Assembly: GCA_964517435.1 (NCBI GenBank)
Contig: CAZFEC010000014.1
Coordinates: 1-62,223 of the forward strand
DNA: 62,223 nt
Direction of reading: 5' to 3'
From: an uncultured Bacteroidia bacterium
Lineage (GTDB): Bacteria > CAIWAD01 > BS150m-G50
Shown here in pieces: positions 41,784 through 52,136 of this stretch; the stretch's first letter is position 1, and every line of letters starts with the position of its first letter. The notes under the pieces were generated by a model, which saw nothing but the letters and a program-made list of their open reading frames with translations, did not search any database and was not told the DNA's origin. The translations under genes and the position numbers were made by a program.

Positions 41784-44441
41784 ATGGCCGGCAAAACGGA
41801 CCAGGAAAAAGCGAGACAATGGATACAGGAAACTCACCGGATACACACAGCTCCTAATCCCGATCTGAAAAAAGTAATCGCGGGTTACCGCAAGGGACTC
41901 TCCTACAACCAGGCGGACGCGGAAGGGCACTATTTCCTCGGCGTCGCCTACCTCGGCACCGGGCAGTTCGCCCAGGCGCTTGAGGAGTTCGACCTGGCCC
42001 TCAACCACCGCCCGGAATTCCCCGATGTCTTCTTCCATCGCGGCCAGGCGCTGATCAACCTGCGCCGGTTCCCGGAAGCGGTCAAGAGCTTCGAGCAGGC
42101 GCTGAAGTTCAACCCGGAGGCGACACCGCTGCTCTACAGCCTCGGTTTTACTTACCAGGCGATGGGGGAGCGGGAGCAGGCTGAGAAGTACTTCCAGCAG
42201 GGCTACGCCAAGAACCCGCAGGACAAGCCGGGCATCATGCAATACCTGATGTTCCTGAGCAACACCCAGCAGAACGATAAAGCGCTGGAGGTGGTCGAGG
42301 CCTTTCTGGCGGATTCACCGCAGGACCGGGATGTGCGAAATTTCAAGGCGCTGGTGCTGATCAACCTGAAGCAGGCGGCGGAGGCGCGCGAGCTGCTGCT
42401 GGAGCTGACGGAACAGCATCCAACTGACGGCGGTATCAAGTTCAACCTGGCGCAGGCGCACGAAATGCTGCAGGACGAGGCGGCGGCGGAGCCGCTGTAC
42501 CGCGAGGCGCTGGAACTCAATCCCCACTACCTGCCGGTCTATACCAAACTGGGCACCCTGCTTTCGCGCCGGCGGGACTTCGATGAAGCGCTCGCGATCA
42601 TCGAGCAGGGGCTGGCGATCGAGGAGAACGATCCCAACCTGCGTTACAGCCGTGCTCTGGTCCTGGCCGACCTGGGACGCCAGGAGGAGGCGGAGACGAT
42701 CCTGAACCAGCTCCTGAACGACTTCCCCGATTTCACCGCGGCGCGGAATGTGCTGGAACGCCTGAACCAGACTTCCGGCAAAGTGCCGCGCGGTCTGGAG
42801 GCCATCGAGCAGGAGCTGAAGGAGAAACCGGACGATCCGGAGCTGGAACTGGAGCTGGGGCGGGCGCACCTGCATTCGCGCGGTTTCGAGCAGGCGATCG
42901 AGCTGATGGAGAAACACCGGGAGCAGTATGAAGGCGATCCCGCCTTCCTGGCCGATCTCGGTTTTGCCTACGCCGGTCGGGCGCAACAGGAGCCGGAACT
43001 GCTGACACAGGCGGAACAGGCCCTGAATGCCAGTCTGGACCTGAAGGGGGAGCAGCCGGCGGTGCTGCTGCAGCTGGCCCGCCTTGCGTTGAACCAGGCG
43101 GAACCGCAGAACGCCTTCGACTACGCCGTCAAGTGTGAGGAAGCCGGCGGCGAGATCGCTCAGACCGCTAATGTCAAAGGTTATGCCACGCTGCAGAAGG
43201 GCTTCGCCGAGACGGCGCTGAGCCACTTCGCGCATTCGCTGGAGCTGCAGCCGCAGAACAACCTGGAGGCGATCAGCAACCTGGCTCAGCTCAGCGACTT
43301 CACTGAGCAGCGGGAGCAGGCGGAAAGCTACTACCGGCAGTGGTGCGAGCTGGCTCCGCAGGATATCACACCCCTGATGAAGCTGGCCATGATGCAGGTG
43401 CGCTTCCAGACGCCGGACGCTGCTGTCGCCACTTACGACCGGGTGGTCGAGCTGAAACCGGAGGAAGCCGCTGCCTATTTCATGCAGGCTATGGCCCTCA
43501 AGGAACTCGGCCGGATCGAAGAGGCGATCGAGAAGCTGCAGAAAGCGGTGGAGGTCAAACCGGACTACAGCGAAGCGGCTTTCTACCTGAAGCAGTTCGA
43601 GCAGAGCCGTCCCCTCGGTATCTCCTCGGTGGAGGAGTTGGAAGAGGGCGTGACCGAAGACCCGGAGAACTACGACGACCGCTATCTGCTCGGCTACCTC
43701 TATCTGCACATGCGCCGGTTCGCCGAAGCGGCCGAGCAGCTGGAGGCAGTCTCGCAGCACGATCCCGACAACTTCCGCGCCCGGTTCGAGCTGGCGGACG
43801 CCCTTTTCCAGGCGGGCGAGCGCGATCGTGCCATCGACATCATGATCAGCCTGGAGGAGAAGGTTCCCCGCGACGCCGGCCTCCGCTTCCGCCTGGCCGA
43901 TATGCTGGAGAGCAACCAGGAATACGACCTGGCGCTGAAGGAATTCGAGAACGCGGTCGAAATGATGCCGCAGAACCTGAACTTCCAGTATCGCCTCGGG
44001 ATGGCGCTCATCAACGCCGACAAGGAGGCCAAGGGGGAAGAGAAGCTGCGCAAGGTGCTGGAGCAGCAGGAGCAGTTCGCACCCGCCTGGCTGGAGCTGG
44101 GTAAACTGGAAATGACCAGCGATCGGCCCGACAGTGCCCTGCAGAGTTTCGACAACGCCCTGCGTCACAACCGCAACCTGATCGATGCGCTCTACTACAA
44201 GGGCTTGGTCTACCGCAACCAGCTGCAGGACGAACGGGAGGCGCTGCGCCATTTCCGCGCCGTGCTCGGCTTCCGCTGGGAATCCCCCGACGCGCACTTC
44301 CAGCTGGGCGAGATGTTGAAGGCGGCGGAACCGGAGGCTGCCTGTCAGCACTTCGAGCTGGCCCTGCGTTTCTGGAGCGAGGCGGATTTCAATTATGAGC
44401 GAGCTGCCGCCCAGCTGCAGGAGCTGAAAGGAGCGGAATGA
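41784..44441 (+). CDS. Large multi-TPR protein
   Basis: TPR repeats over the whole length; no signal peptide; RBS GAGGAG. Confidence 0.9.
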   Translation: MAGKTDQEKARQWIQETHRIHTAPNPDLKKVIAGYRKGLSYNQADAEGHYFLGVAYLGTGQFAQALEEFDLALNHRPEFPDVFFHRGQALINLRRFPEAVKSFEQALKFNPEATPLLYSLGFTYQAMGEREQAEKYFQQGYAKNPQDKPGIMQYLMFLSNTQQNDKALEVVEAFLADSPQDRDVRNFKALVLINLKQAAEARELLLELTEQHPTDGGIKFNLAQAHEMLQDEAAAEPLYREALELNPHYLPVYTKLGTLLSRRRDFDEALAIIEQGLAIEENDPNLRYSRALVLADLGRQEEAETILNQLLNDFPDFTAARNVLERLNQTSGKVPRGLEAIEQELKEKPDDPELELELGRAHLHSRGFEQAIELMEKHREQYEGDPAFLADLGFAYAGRAQQEPELLTQAEQALNASLDLKGEQPAVLLQLARLALNQAEPQNAFDYAVKCEEAGGEIAQTANVKGYATLQKGFAETALSHFAHSLELQPQNNLEAISNLAQLSDFTEQREQAESYYRQWCELAPQDITPLMKLAMMQVRFQTPDAAVATYDRVVELKPEEAAAYFMQAMALKELGRIEEAIEKLQKAVEVKPDYSEAAFYLKQFEQSRPLGISSVEELEEGVTEDPENYDDRYLLGYLYLHMRRFAEAAEQLEAVSQHDPDNFRARFELADALFQAGERDRAIDIMISLEEKVPRDAGLRFRLADMLESNQEYDLALKEFENAVEMMPQNLNFQYRLGMALINADKEAKGEEKLRKVLEQQEQFAPAWLELGKLEMTSDRPDSALQSFDNALRHNRNLIDALYYKGLVYRNQLQDEREALRHFRAVLGFRWESPDAHFQLGEMLKAAEPEAACQHFELALRFWSEADFNYERAAAQLQELKGAE

Positions 44442-45418
44442 TGGGGACTCCGCATCTGCAACCGGACCTCCGCCCGCTGGGACGCAGCGGCATACTGACT
44501 CCGCAGATCGTGATGGGACTGTGGGCCGCCGGCGGCAGCTGGTGGGGCCCGCCGGATGACGACGCCGCCCGCCTGGCGATCGACCGGTCCCTCGAACTGG
44601 GCTATAACGCCTTCGACACCGCTCCCATCTACGGATACGGCCACAGCGAGGAGCTGCTGGGCGAGACGGTGCGGGAGCGGCGGCAGGAGGTGCTGATCTT
44701 CACCAAGGGCGGGCCGGTCTGGGACGAGCGCCGGCGCGTCAAGCTGGATCTCACGCCGGCAGGCCTCCGCGGTCAGCTGGATAAAAGCCTGCAGCGGCTG
44801 CAGACCGATTATGTCGACCTCTACCAGATCCACTGGCCCGGCCAGGATCTGATTGCGGCGGAGGTGATGGATACGCTGGTGGCGATGCAGAGCTCCGGCA
44901 AGGTGCGCGCCATCGGTTGCTCCAACTACAGCCTGGCGCAGCTGCAGGAATCCCATCGCTTCGGGCATTTCGACAGCCTGCAGCCTCCCTTCAACCTGGT
45001 GAGCGACCGGGTCGCTGACGAGATCCTGCCGTTCTGCGCGCGGGAAGAGGTCGGCGTCATCACCTACGGCCCCCTGCTGCGCGGGATTCTGACCGGCAAG
45101 TACCTGGAGGAACCTCAGTTTCCCACAACCGACATTCGCAGCAGTGACGCCGATTTCCAGGGGGAGCGTTTCGCGCGCATCAACCGTTTCGTACATGAGA
45201 TGCTGGTGCCGCTGGCTGAGGAAGCCGGCACCAATGCCGCCTCGCTGGCGCTGGCCTGGAACTACCGTCAGCCGGGCGTCACCGCGGCCATCGCCGGTAT
45301 CCGCAGCCCCCAACAGGTGGAGGATAACCTGCGGGCAGTGACGCTGACGGAAGAGCAGTGGGAGCGGCTGGAAGCGGAACGCGGCCGGTTAAGGGAAGAT
45401 CTGAGTACAATCGAATAG
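44438..45418 (+). CDS. Aldo/keto reductase
   Basis: FDTAPIYGYGHSE, SLQRLQTDYVDLYQIHWP, IGCSN. Confidence 0.95.
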   Translation: MMGTPHLQPDLRPLGRSGILTPQIVMGLWAAGGSWWGPPDDDAARLAIDRSLELGYNAFDTAPIYGYGHSEELLGETVRERRQEVLIFTKGGPVWDERRRVKLDLTPAGLRGQLDKSLQRLQTDYVDLYQIHWPGQDLIAAEVMDTLVAMQSSGKVRAIGCSNYSLAQLQESHRFGHFDSLQPPFNLVSDRVADEILPFCAREEVGVITYGPLLRGILTGKYLEEPQFPTTDIRSSDADFQGERFARINRFVHEMLVPLAEEAGTNAASLALAWNYRQPGVTAAIAGIRSPQQVEDNLRAVTLTEEQWERLEAERGRLREDLSTIE

Positions 45419-45430
45419 AAAGGAGCCGTC

Positions 45431-45754
45431 ATGGCTGAACTGGTAAACCTGAACGAGGCCGATTTCGAGGCGCAGGTGCTCAAGAAGTCGAACCTGGTCA
45501 TCGTCGATTTCGGCGCCACCTGGTGCGCGCCCTGCAAGAAGCTGCACCCGCTGCTGGAGGAGTTGCTGGATGAATTCCCGGGAGAGGTGGAGGGCTTCTA
45601 CGTCGATGTCGGAGTCAACACGCAGATCGCCCGCGACTACGGCGTGATTTCGGTGCCGCAGACTCACTTCTTCAAGGGAGGCGAGCATGTGGACCAGGTG
45701 GTGGGCCTGAGCAAGAAGAGCAAGTACCAGGAACTGATTGAGCAGTACAAGTAG
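45431..45754 (+). CDS. Thioredoxin
   Basis: DFGATWCAPCK, SVP. Confidence 0.9.
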   Translation: MAELVNLNEADFEAQVLKKSNLVIVDFGATWCAPCKKLHPLLEELLDEFPGEVEGFYVDVGVNTQIARDYGVISVPQTHFFKGGEHVDQVVGLSKKSKYQELIEQYK

Positions 45755-45763
45755 GAGCGCAGC

Positions 45764-46273
45764 ATGAGACAAGGCAATTTTATCCTGACGTTGTGGCTGG
45801 GCGCAGCCATGGTGATCCTGACCGCTTGTGGCGGCAAGGATACCGCGCAGGCGGACAACGCCGCGCCCCAGGTCAAGGAACAGATCATCGACCTCAAGAA
45901 TTTCGACCTGGCCAGCCTGGCCGGCAAGGTTCGCATGTACGAACTCTGGGGCGTCTGGTGCATGCCCTGCATCCTCTCCATGCCGAAGGTGCAGGAGCTG
46001 CACGAGCAGTACAGCCCGCATCCCGATTTCGAGCTGCTGGTCGTCAACACCGCCTGGCGCGGCGACAATCCCGACCGGGTCAAACAGTGGCTCGACAAGA
46101 ACCCGCACTACACCTTCCAGGTCTACTATGACGGCGAGCACAAGCTGTCGCAGCAGTACCAGGTTAAAAGCATTCCGCGCACGATCATCATCGGTAAGGA
46201 TAACCAGGTCCGCTTCAACGATCACCCGATGAAGCTGACGCACGAGTTCCTGGATCAGCTGCTGGCGGAATAA
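45764..46273 (+). CDS. TlpA-like thiol-disulfide oxidoreductase lipoprotein
   Basis: Lipobox LTAC; WGVWCMPC; SIPRT. Confidence 0.85.
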   Translation: MRQGNFILTLWLGAAMVILTACGGKDTAQADNAAPQVKEQIIDLKNFDLASLAGKVRMYELWGVWCMPCILSMPKVQELHEQYSPHPDFELLVVNTAWRGDNPDRVKQWLDKNPHYTFQVYYDGEHKLSQQYQVKSIPRTIIIGKDNQVRFNDHPMKLTHEFLDQLLAE

Positions 46274-46277
46274 AACC

Positions 46278-46473
46278 AAGAATCTCTCGCAAAGCACGCG
46301 AAGGACGCAAAGGAAGAAAAGACATTAATATTGTTAGGTAGAAGATGGCTTAAGCAACTGGCGCAATGAGTTAGCGACAAAAAGCGTTTCTACTCCGGTA
46401 ACACCCGGAGCCAGCTACCATCTAACCATAATTCTCTTCTTTGCGTTTCTTTGCGATCTTTGCGAGAAATCTT
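46278..46473. repeat. Inverted-repeat (MITE/REP-like) element of CGCAAAG units
   Basis: TCTCGCAAAGCACGCGAAGGACGCAAAG on the left; CTTTGCGTTTCTTTGCGATCTTTGCGAGA on the right. Confidence 0.7.
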
Positions 46474-46497
46474 ATTTTTTCCTCCCCCCTCCTTCTA

Positions 46498-46526
46498 TTG
46501 TCATTGCACCCCGAGAATAGTATTTT
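46498..46526 (+). promoter_or_regulatory. Possible sigma-70 promoter
   Basis: TTGTCA-N17-TATTTT upstream of the PLD gene. Confidence 0.4.
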
Positions 46527-46598
46527 ACCAGTATAGCCCGACCTTTTACTTGTCGATTTAACACTTATACAGCTTTCATCCACTCAGGGGAGCTCATA

Positions 46599-49025
46599 AT
46601 GCGCAAATTGCTGATCTATATCGGAGCGGCGTTCTTTCTCTCGCTGTCCAGCCTGCCCGCCGCGGTTCTGATCCATGAAGTCCACTATGACGTCATCGGC
46701 AGCGACAACGGGGAATTCGTCGAACTGTACAATAACGGCCCGGTCGATGTCGATCTCTCCGGCTGGTACTTCGGCGACGAGGAAACCGAAGGGGGCGGCG
46801 AATCGATGAACGCCTTCCCGGGCGGTACGATCATCTGCACCGAAGACTACCTCCTGATCGCCCGCGATGCGGTTGAATTCGAAGCCCACTTCGGTCTGGC
46901 GGCGGATGTCATCATGCCCTTCGCGCTGGGCAACAGCGGCGACGAGGTTATCCTGTCCCACAGCTGGTACGCCGACTACGAAGATGTGGTGGCTTTCGAA
47001 AGCGGCGTTTTCGCCGGCGTGACGCCGCATCCGGGCGTCGCCAGCGGCCATTCGCTGGAACGGCTGACGCCGACCACCGACACCGACGACTGCTCCGCAG
47101 ATTTCGCCGATATCGATCCCCCGACACCGATCGCCGCCGACTGCGAGCCGGGTCCGCCGACCCAGGGGACGATTTCCGCCTATTTCAACAGTTCAGTCGA
47201 CGCCACCTATGCCGTCTACGCACCCGCCAATGGTTACGATGACCTCGCGGCGCGTCTGGTCCAGATGATCGACGCCACCCAGGTTTCCCTCGATGTCTGC
47301 ATCTACAACCTCACGCTCAGCGAGATCTCCGATGCCATCATCGCGGCTCACAACCGCGGCGTCAGCGTGCGGGTGATCATCGAAGACGGCAACCACAATT
47401 CCTACACGCAGGCGATCGAAAATGCCGGCATCAATCTTATCGACGATGCCTACGGAAGCAATCCCGGCTCCGACCTGATGCACAACAAGTTCGTTCTGTT
47501 CGACTACCGTCTGGACGAAGGCGATGAGGATGATCAGCTCTGGACCGGTTCCTTCAATTTCACCTACTCGTCGGATGTTTATGACGACAACAACGTGCTG
47601 GTGGTTCAATCCGGTTATCTCTGCGATGTCTATCTGGACGAATTCAACGAGATGTGGGGATCCACTGGCGAAACGCCCTCCAGCGCCAACAGCCGTTTCG
47701 GAAACAACAAGCTCGACAACACCCTGCACAATGTCGTGATCGACACCACCGACGTCGAAATCTACTTCTCCCCCTCCGACGGCGCCACCTCCCACCTGAC
47801 CCAGCTGATCGCTACGGCGAACTACAACATCTACTTCTGCATCTTCTCTTTTACCCGCACCGATGTGGAGGATGCGCTGCACGCCCGTTTCAACGCCGGG
47901 GTGCCGGTGCGCGGCGTCTTCGATTACGCTCAGGGCAGTTCTCCCTATTCGGTCTACCCGGATATGGCCGGCACCGGCGCTGATCCCTGGAATCCCCCCG
48001 CCGATGTCTATATGGACGGCAACGGCTCCGGCCTGCTGCACCACAAGTATATCATCATCGATCCCCATCATCCCGCCTCGGATCCGGTGGTGGTCACCGG
48101 TTCGATGAACTGGTCCACTTCGGGCGGCTTCTACAACGATGAGAACATGATTGTGATACATGACGCGCGTATAGCCGACCAGTATTTCCAGGAGTTCGCG
48201 GCCCGCTTCACCGCCGCCGGCGGTACACTGCCGGGCGGTGACAACGATGTCACCATCACCGAGATCCAGTACACGGAGGATCCCTTAGGCGTGTCTCCCT
48301 ACGCCGGCGCGATCGTCAACACCGGCGGTATCGTCACCGGTGTTTTCAGCTTCGGCTTTTTCCTGAGTGAGGATAACGGCGCGCCCTGGAGTGGCGTTTA
48401 TGTCTACAACAACACAATCCTACCCGCCGTCGGTGACTCGCTCAGCCTGACCGCCACGGTGTTGGAGTATTACGACATGACGGAATTGAGCGACGTCACC
48501 GATTACACTATCCACAGCAGCGGCGCTACGCCGACTCCCCTCAGCCTGACCTGCGCTGAAATTTCCGCCGAACAGTACGAAGGCTGTTTCCTGCAGGTGA
48601 GCGGACTGACCGTGGTCAATCCCGATCTCGGCTACGGGGAGTGGAGCGTTACCGACGGCACCGGCACGCTGGTGGTGGACGATATGGGCAGTTACACCTA
48701 TGTCCCCGTGGTGGACGATACGATCGCGCAGCTGACCGGGCTGCTGTACTATTCGTTCGACGCCTTCAAACTGGAACCGCGGGACGATGGCGACTTCCTC
48801 TTTGAAGTGCCGGGGGTAACCGATCTGGCTGTCACCTATGACAGCGGCGTCGTCACCCTGACCTGGAGCGCGGTACCCGGCGCCGTCAGCTACAGCATTT
48901 ACGCGGCCGCGACGCCCTATTTCGATCCCGCGCCGGAGTACCATCTGGTCGACACCACCGAACTCACCTACCAGGAAGCGACGGGAGGTCTCGACCGCTT
49001 CTACCGGGTGGTGGCGGTGCACTAG
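46599..49025 (+). CDS. Secreted lamin-tail + phospholipase D/nuclease (two HKD) + OB-fold protein
   Basis: Signal peptide; EFVELYN lamin-tail motif; HNKFVLFD and HHKYIIID; Fn3-like C-terminus. Confidence 0.9.
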   Translation: MRKLLIYIGAAFFLSLSSLPAAVLIHEVHYDVIGSDNGEFVELYNNGPVDVDLSGWYFGDEETEGGGESMNAFPGGTIICTEDYLLIARDAVEFEAHFGLAADVIMPFALGNSGDEVILSHSWYADYEDVVAFESGVFAGVTPHPGVASGHSLERLTPTTDTDDCSADFADIDPPTPIAADCEPGPPTQGTISAYFNSSVDATYAVYAPANGYDDLAARLVQMIDATQVSLDVCIYNLTLSEISDAIIAAHNRGVSVRVIIEDGNHNSYTQAIENAGINLIDDAYGSNPGSDLMHNKFVLFDYRLDEGDEDDQLWTGSFNFTYSSDVYDDNNVLVVQSGYLCDVYLDEFNEMWGSTGETPSSANSRFGNNKLDNTLHNVVIDTTDVEIYFSPSDGATSHLTQLIATANYNIYFCIFSFTRTDVEDALHARFNAGVPVRGVFDYAQGSSPYSVYPDMAGTGADPWNPPADVYMDGNGSGLLHHKYIIIDPHHPASDPVVVTGSMNWSTSGGFYNDENMIVIHDARIADQYFQEFAARFTAAGGTLPGGDNDVTITEIQYTEDPLGVSPYAGAIVNTGGIVTGVFSFGFFLSEDNGAPWSGVYVYNNTILPAVGDSLSLTATVLEYYDMTELSDVTDYTIHSSGATPTPLSLTCAEISAEQYEGCFLQVSGLTVVNPDLGYGEWSVTDGTGTLVVDDMGSYTYVPVVDDTIAQLTGLLYYSFDAFKLEPRDDGDFLFEVPGVTDLAVTYDSGVVTLTWSAVPGAVSYSIYAAATPYFDPAPEYHLVDTTELTYQEATGGLDRFYRVVAVH

Positions 49026-49050
49026 AACTGACCTGTTCTTGTAACCCAGT

Positions 49051-49078
49051 GAGCCCTCCCAACCGGGAGGGCTTTTTT
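49051..49078 (+). terminator. Intrinsic terminator
   Basis: AGCCCTCCC-AACC-GGGAGGGCT followed by a T tract. Confidence 0.9.
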
Positions 49079-49242
49079 ATCGCCAGGAGACGCCTAGGCA
49101 TAATGCGAGTTACTTGCGTTTGTGCCGTCTGGACCACTTATTACGTCTCGCGCCAACTATATTGATCCGCCGCCGCAGCCAACCACTGCCGGCGGCCTCG
49201 TTAATCAATAGGCAATAGAAACAACCAGCTCAGAGGTTCCAC

Positions 49243-51000
49243 TTGCAGATCCGAGGGTGGAAGGGCCTGCTGCCACTGCCTTTGCTCCTGGCGCTGTTCG
49301 CCCTCCTCACCGTTTCGATTTATCGGGTGGAGCAGCAACGCAACCTCGCCGATCACCAGACGCGTCAGCTGTTGCTCGCCCGCCAGGCCAGTCTCGGCAT
49401 CCATTCCTTCTTCGACCACTGCCTGAACGATCTCGTCTACCTCGCGGGTACCGCTCCGATCATCAACTTCGATTCGGACGGCAAACAGATCATGCAGGAT
49501 TGGCTCGTCAGCAGCCAGGAACGGGTGCGGGCGATCACCCGCCTGGATGCGGAAGGGCGCATTCTCTTCACGGTTCCCTTCAATCCCGACGCGATCGGCG
49601 TGGATGTCTCACAACAGAAACATGTGCTGCAGCTGCAGTCGGCGCAGACCCCGCTGATCAGTGATGTCTTCCACGCCGTGCAGGGTTATGACGCCGTCGC
49701 CATCCAGGTGCCGGTTTTCGACGAAGACCGGTTTGCAGGCGGTCTCGAGCTGCTGATTCCCTTTGAACACATTGCGGCCCGGTATCTGGACAACATCGCA
49801 ACCGCTTCCGGCAGCGAGATGCTGGTCATCAGTCGCACCGGCCAGGTTCTCTATTCGCAACTGCCGGAGCCGGCCTCTTCCGCCTTTTCGGACCCCGACA
49901 GTGTAACCGTCAGTGACAGCTATGGGGAACTGCTGGCAGCGATGCGGTCCAGCCGCGAGGGAGTGACCACCTTTACCCTGCCGCCGGAGGTGACACACGC
50001 GGAAGCGGACCTCGCCTACTACGCCGCCTACTGTCCCGTTCAACTGCTCAACACCTTCTGGTCGATCTGCATCTCCGATCGCGAAGATGAAGTGCTGCGT
50101 GCCTCCGCGGTTTTCCGGCAGCGCCTGCTCTGGCTGGGTGGCGTCATACTGTTGATCGTGCTGGTTTACTTCTACTACTTCCTGAACGCGCGGATGGTCC
50201 TGCGGGCCGAGCGGGAGCTGCACGAGATGGAGATCACGCTCCAGCAGGCCCGCAAAATGGAAGCGTTGGGTACCCTGGCCGGCGGCGTCGCTCATGATTT
50301 GAATAACATCCTCTCCGGACTGGTCAGTTATCCCGACTACCTGTTGACCCAGGTGAGTCCCGAGAGCAAACTGCGCAAACCATTGGAAATAATTCGGGAA
50401 TCGGGCCACAAAGCGGCGACCACCGTACAGGACCTGTTGACCATGGCCCGCCGCGGTCTGGAGTCGACTGAGCTCATCAACCTGAACGACGTCGTCCGAA
50501 GCTACCTGGCCGGTCCGGAATGCGCGATACTGCGTACGGAATTTCCCGGTCTGAAACTGGAGGCCGATCTGGCCGACGACCTGCAGAGTGTTTCCGGTTC
50601 CACCGTACATGTCGCCAAGACGATCATGAACCTCGTCACCAACGCAACGGAAGCGATGACGGACGGCGGTGGCAGGATCAGGATCACAACCACCAACTGT
50701 ACGCTGAACGACGAACAGATGCGGGAGGAGGGCGTCGAGACCGACGACTATGTGCAGCTCTCCATCCAGGATGACGGAGCCGGTATCCCACCGCTGGACC
50801 AGGAGCGCATCTTCGAGCCGTTCTACACCAAGAAGAAGATGGGGCGCAGCAACAGCGGTCTGGGTATGGCGGTCGTCTGGGGAATCGTGAAGGATCACGG
50901 CGGGTTCATCGAGCTGCAGAGCGACCCGGGGCAGGGCGCCACCTTCGATGTCTATCTGCCCGGGGCGGACGGCTCCCGCCCGCAAGGACAGGACACCTAG
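49243..51000 (+). CDS. Membrane sensor histidine kinase (Cache-like sensor, HisKA, HATPase)
   Basis: Two TM segments; AHDLNN, NLVTNA, DDGAGI, FEPFYTKK, GLGM; start codon uncertain. Confidence 0.9.
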   Translation: MQIRGWKGLLPLPLLLALFALLTVSIYRVEQQRNLADHQTRQLLLARQASLGIHSFFDHCLNDLVYLAGTAPIINFDSDGKQIMQDWLVSSQERVRAITRLDAEGRILFTVPFNPDAIGVDVSQQKHVLQLQSAQTPLISDVFHAVQGYDAVAIQVPVFDEDRFAGGLELLIPFEHIAARYLDNIATASGSEMLVISRTGQVLYSQLPEPASSAFSDPDSVTVSDSYGELLAAMRSSREGVTTFTLPPEVTHAEADLAYYAAYCPVQLLNTFWSICISDREDEVLRASAVFRQRLLWLGGVILLIVLVYFYYFLNARMVLRAERELHEMEITLQQARKMEALGTLAGGVAHDLNNILSGLVSYPDYLLTQVSPESKLRKPLEIIRESGHKAATTVQDLLTMARRGLESTELINLNDVVRSYLAGPECAILRTEFPGLKLEADLADDLQSVSGSTVHVAKTIMNLVTNATEAMTDGGGRIRITTTNCTLNDEQMREEGVETDDYVQLSIQDDGAGIPPLDQERIFEPFYTKKKMGRSNSGLGMAVVWGIVKDHGGFIELQSDPGQGATFDVYLPGADGSRPQGQDT

Positions 51001-51854
51001 CCCTCCACCAGGATCTCCGCTTCGGCTACCGGCGTCGCCGACGCCGCCAGGTCGAACATCTCACTGTCATCGAGATAAGGCTGGACGACGGGACGCTGCA
51101 TATTGACCAGCTGCTGCAGGATGCGTCCCAGCTTGTGCGCTTCGTCCAGGATCGTCTGCAGTTTGCCGCAGGCGTTCTCATTTCCTTCCAGCTGCGCGGC
51201 AAGCAATTCGGCGTTGCCGGCGATGGCGGTCAGGGGATTGTTGATTTCATGGTTGAGCGTGGTCACCAGCCGGCTGATAGTGGCCAGCTGTTCCTGCTCG
51301 AGGAGTTGCGCCTGCATCCGGCGCAGCTGCGCGTAGCTGCGCTGCAGTTCTGCGTGCGACCGGCGCAGCCGCTTCACCAGTTCCAGGTTGCGGATGATGA
51401 GGGCGGCCTGGCTCCCCAGCACCGCCAGCATGTCCAGATCGATGCCGTCGAAGGCGTGCGGTTCCGGATGTCCGAAGTTGAGCACGCCGACCAGCTCCTC
51501 CTCGACCACCAGCGGTACCGAAATGAAGGAGCGCAGCGGATCGTCACGCCGCTCGCGCAGTCGTTGAATGTCGGTCAACAGCAGCGGGCGCCGCCGCCGC
51601 GCCACCCAGGCCGCCAGCCCTTTCCCCAGTTCGAAATCCACCGGCAGGATCAGATTGACTTCGCGGCCGCTCTGGGCGCTGCGCTTCAGGCAGTCGTCCC
51701 CGGAATCGTAGAGATAGAGGGTGGCGTCCCGCCAGGGAATTACCTCCCGGGTCAGCTTGAGCAGGAGCGAGGGCGTGGTATCCGGATCGCGGGTGGACTG
51801 GATCAGGGCGCCCAGTTTGGCCAGCATATCCAGCGCTTTCTTCCCGGTCATCAT
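50997..51854 (-). CDS. GAF + HisKA (DHp) protein lacking HATPase
   Basis: GAF (SVPL...GVLNF), LNHEINNPL, ends about 65 aa after the His. Confidence 0.85.
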   Translation of the reverse strand: MMTGKKALDMLAKLGALIQSTRDPDTTPSLLLKLTREVIPWRDATLYLYDSGDDCLKRSAQSGREVNLILPVDFELGKGLAAWVARRRRPLLLTDIQRLRERRDDPLRSFISVPLVVEEELVGVLNFGHPEPHAFDGIDLDMLAVLGSQAALIIRNLELVKRLRRSHAELQRSYAQLRRMQAQLLEQEQLATISRLVTTLNHEINNPLTAIAGNAELLAAQLEGNENACGKLQTILDEAHKLGRILQQLVNMQRPVVQPYLDDSEMFDLAASATPVAEAEILVEG

Positions 51855-51870
51855 TTCCCCGTGTTTACGT

Positions 51871-52134
51871 TTAGAGACAGCTGTCGACGCTGCCGTCCCG
51901 CAAATGGCCCACCCGTTTGAGTACGATGCGCGGCTGCAACCGTTGCACCAGCAGCAGGATGCGCTCACCGATGACGAACCGGTCGCGGCTGTCGAAGGGC
52001 AGGGTCACACCTCCCAGCGAGAGGTACCAGCGGCTGCCGCTGCCCTGGCCCTTGACCAGGGCGGTCAGGATTTGACCCCGGCGCAGATTACGCCGCAGTT
52101 GCGCTATCTCGGCATCTTGTGCGGACCGCCTCAC
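51871..52134 (-). CDS. Small hypothetical protein
   Basis: Fills the gap in a tightly packed minus-strand operon; GTG start immediately after the upstream stop. Confidence 0.55.
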   Translation of the reverse strand: MRRSAQDAEIAQLRRNLRRGQILTALVKGQGSGSRWYLSLGGVTLPFDSRDRFVIGERILLLVQRLQPRIVLKRVGHLRDGSVDSCL

Positions 52135-52136
52135 CT

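Noticed and set aside
41632-41868. 78-aa ORF upstream of the TPR gene
   Set aside because: Overlaps the TPR gene out of frame, has no clear RBS and an atypical composition
37475-44351. Long antisense ORFs (for example 37475-39562 and 42315-44351, also 26378-27991 and 31326-32900)
   Set aside because: Shadow frames of high-GC genes with clear products on the opposite strand; no recognisable motifs
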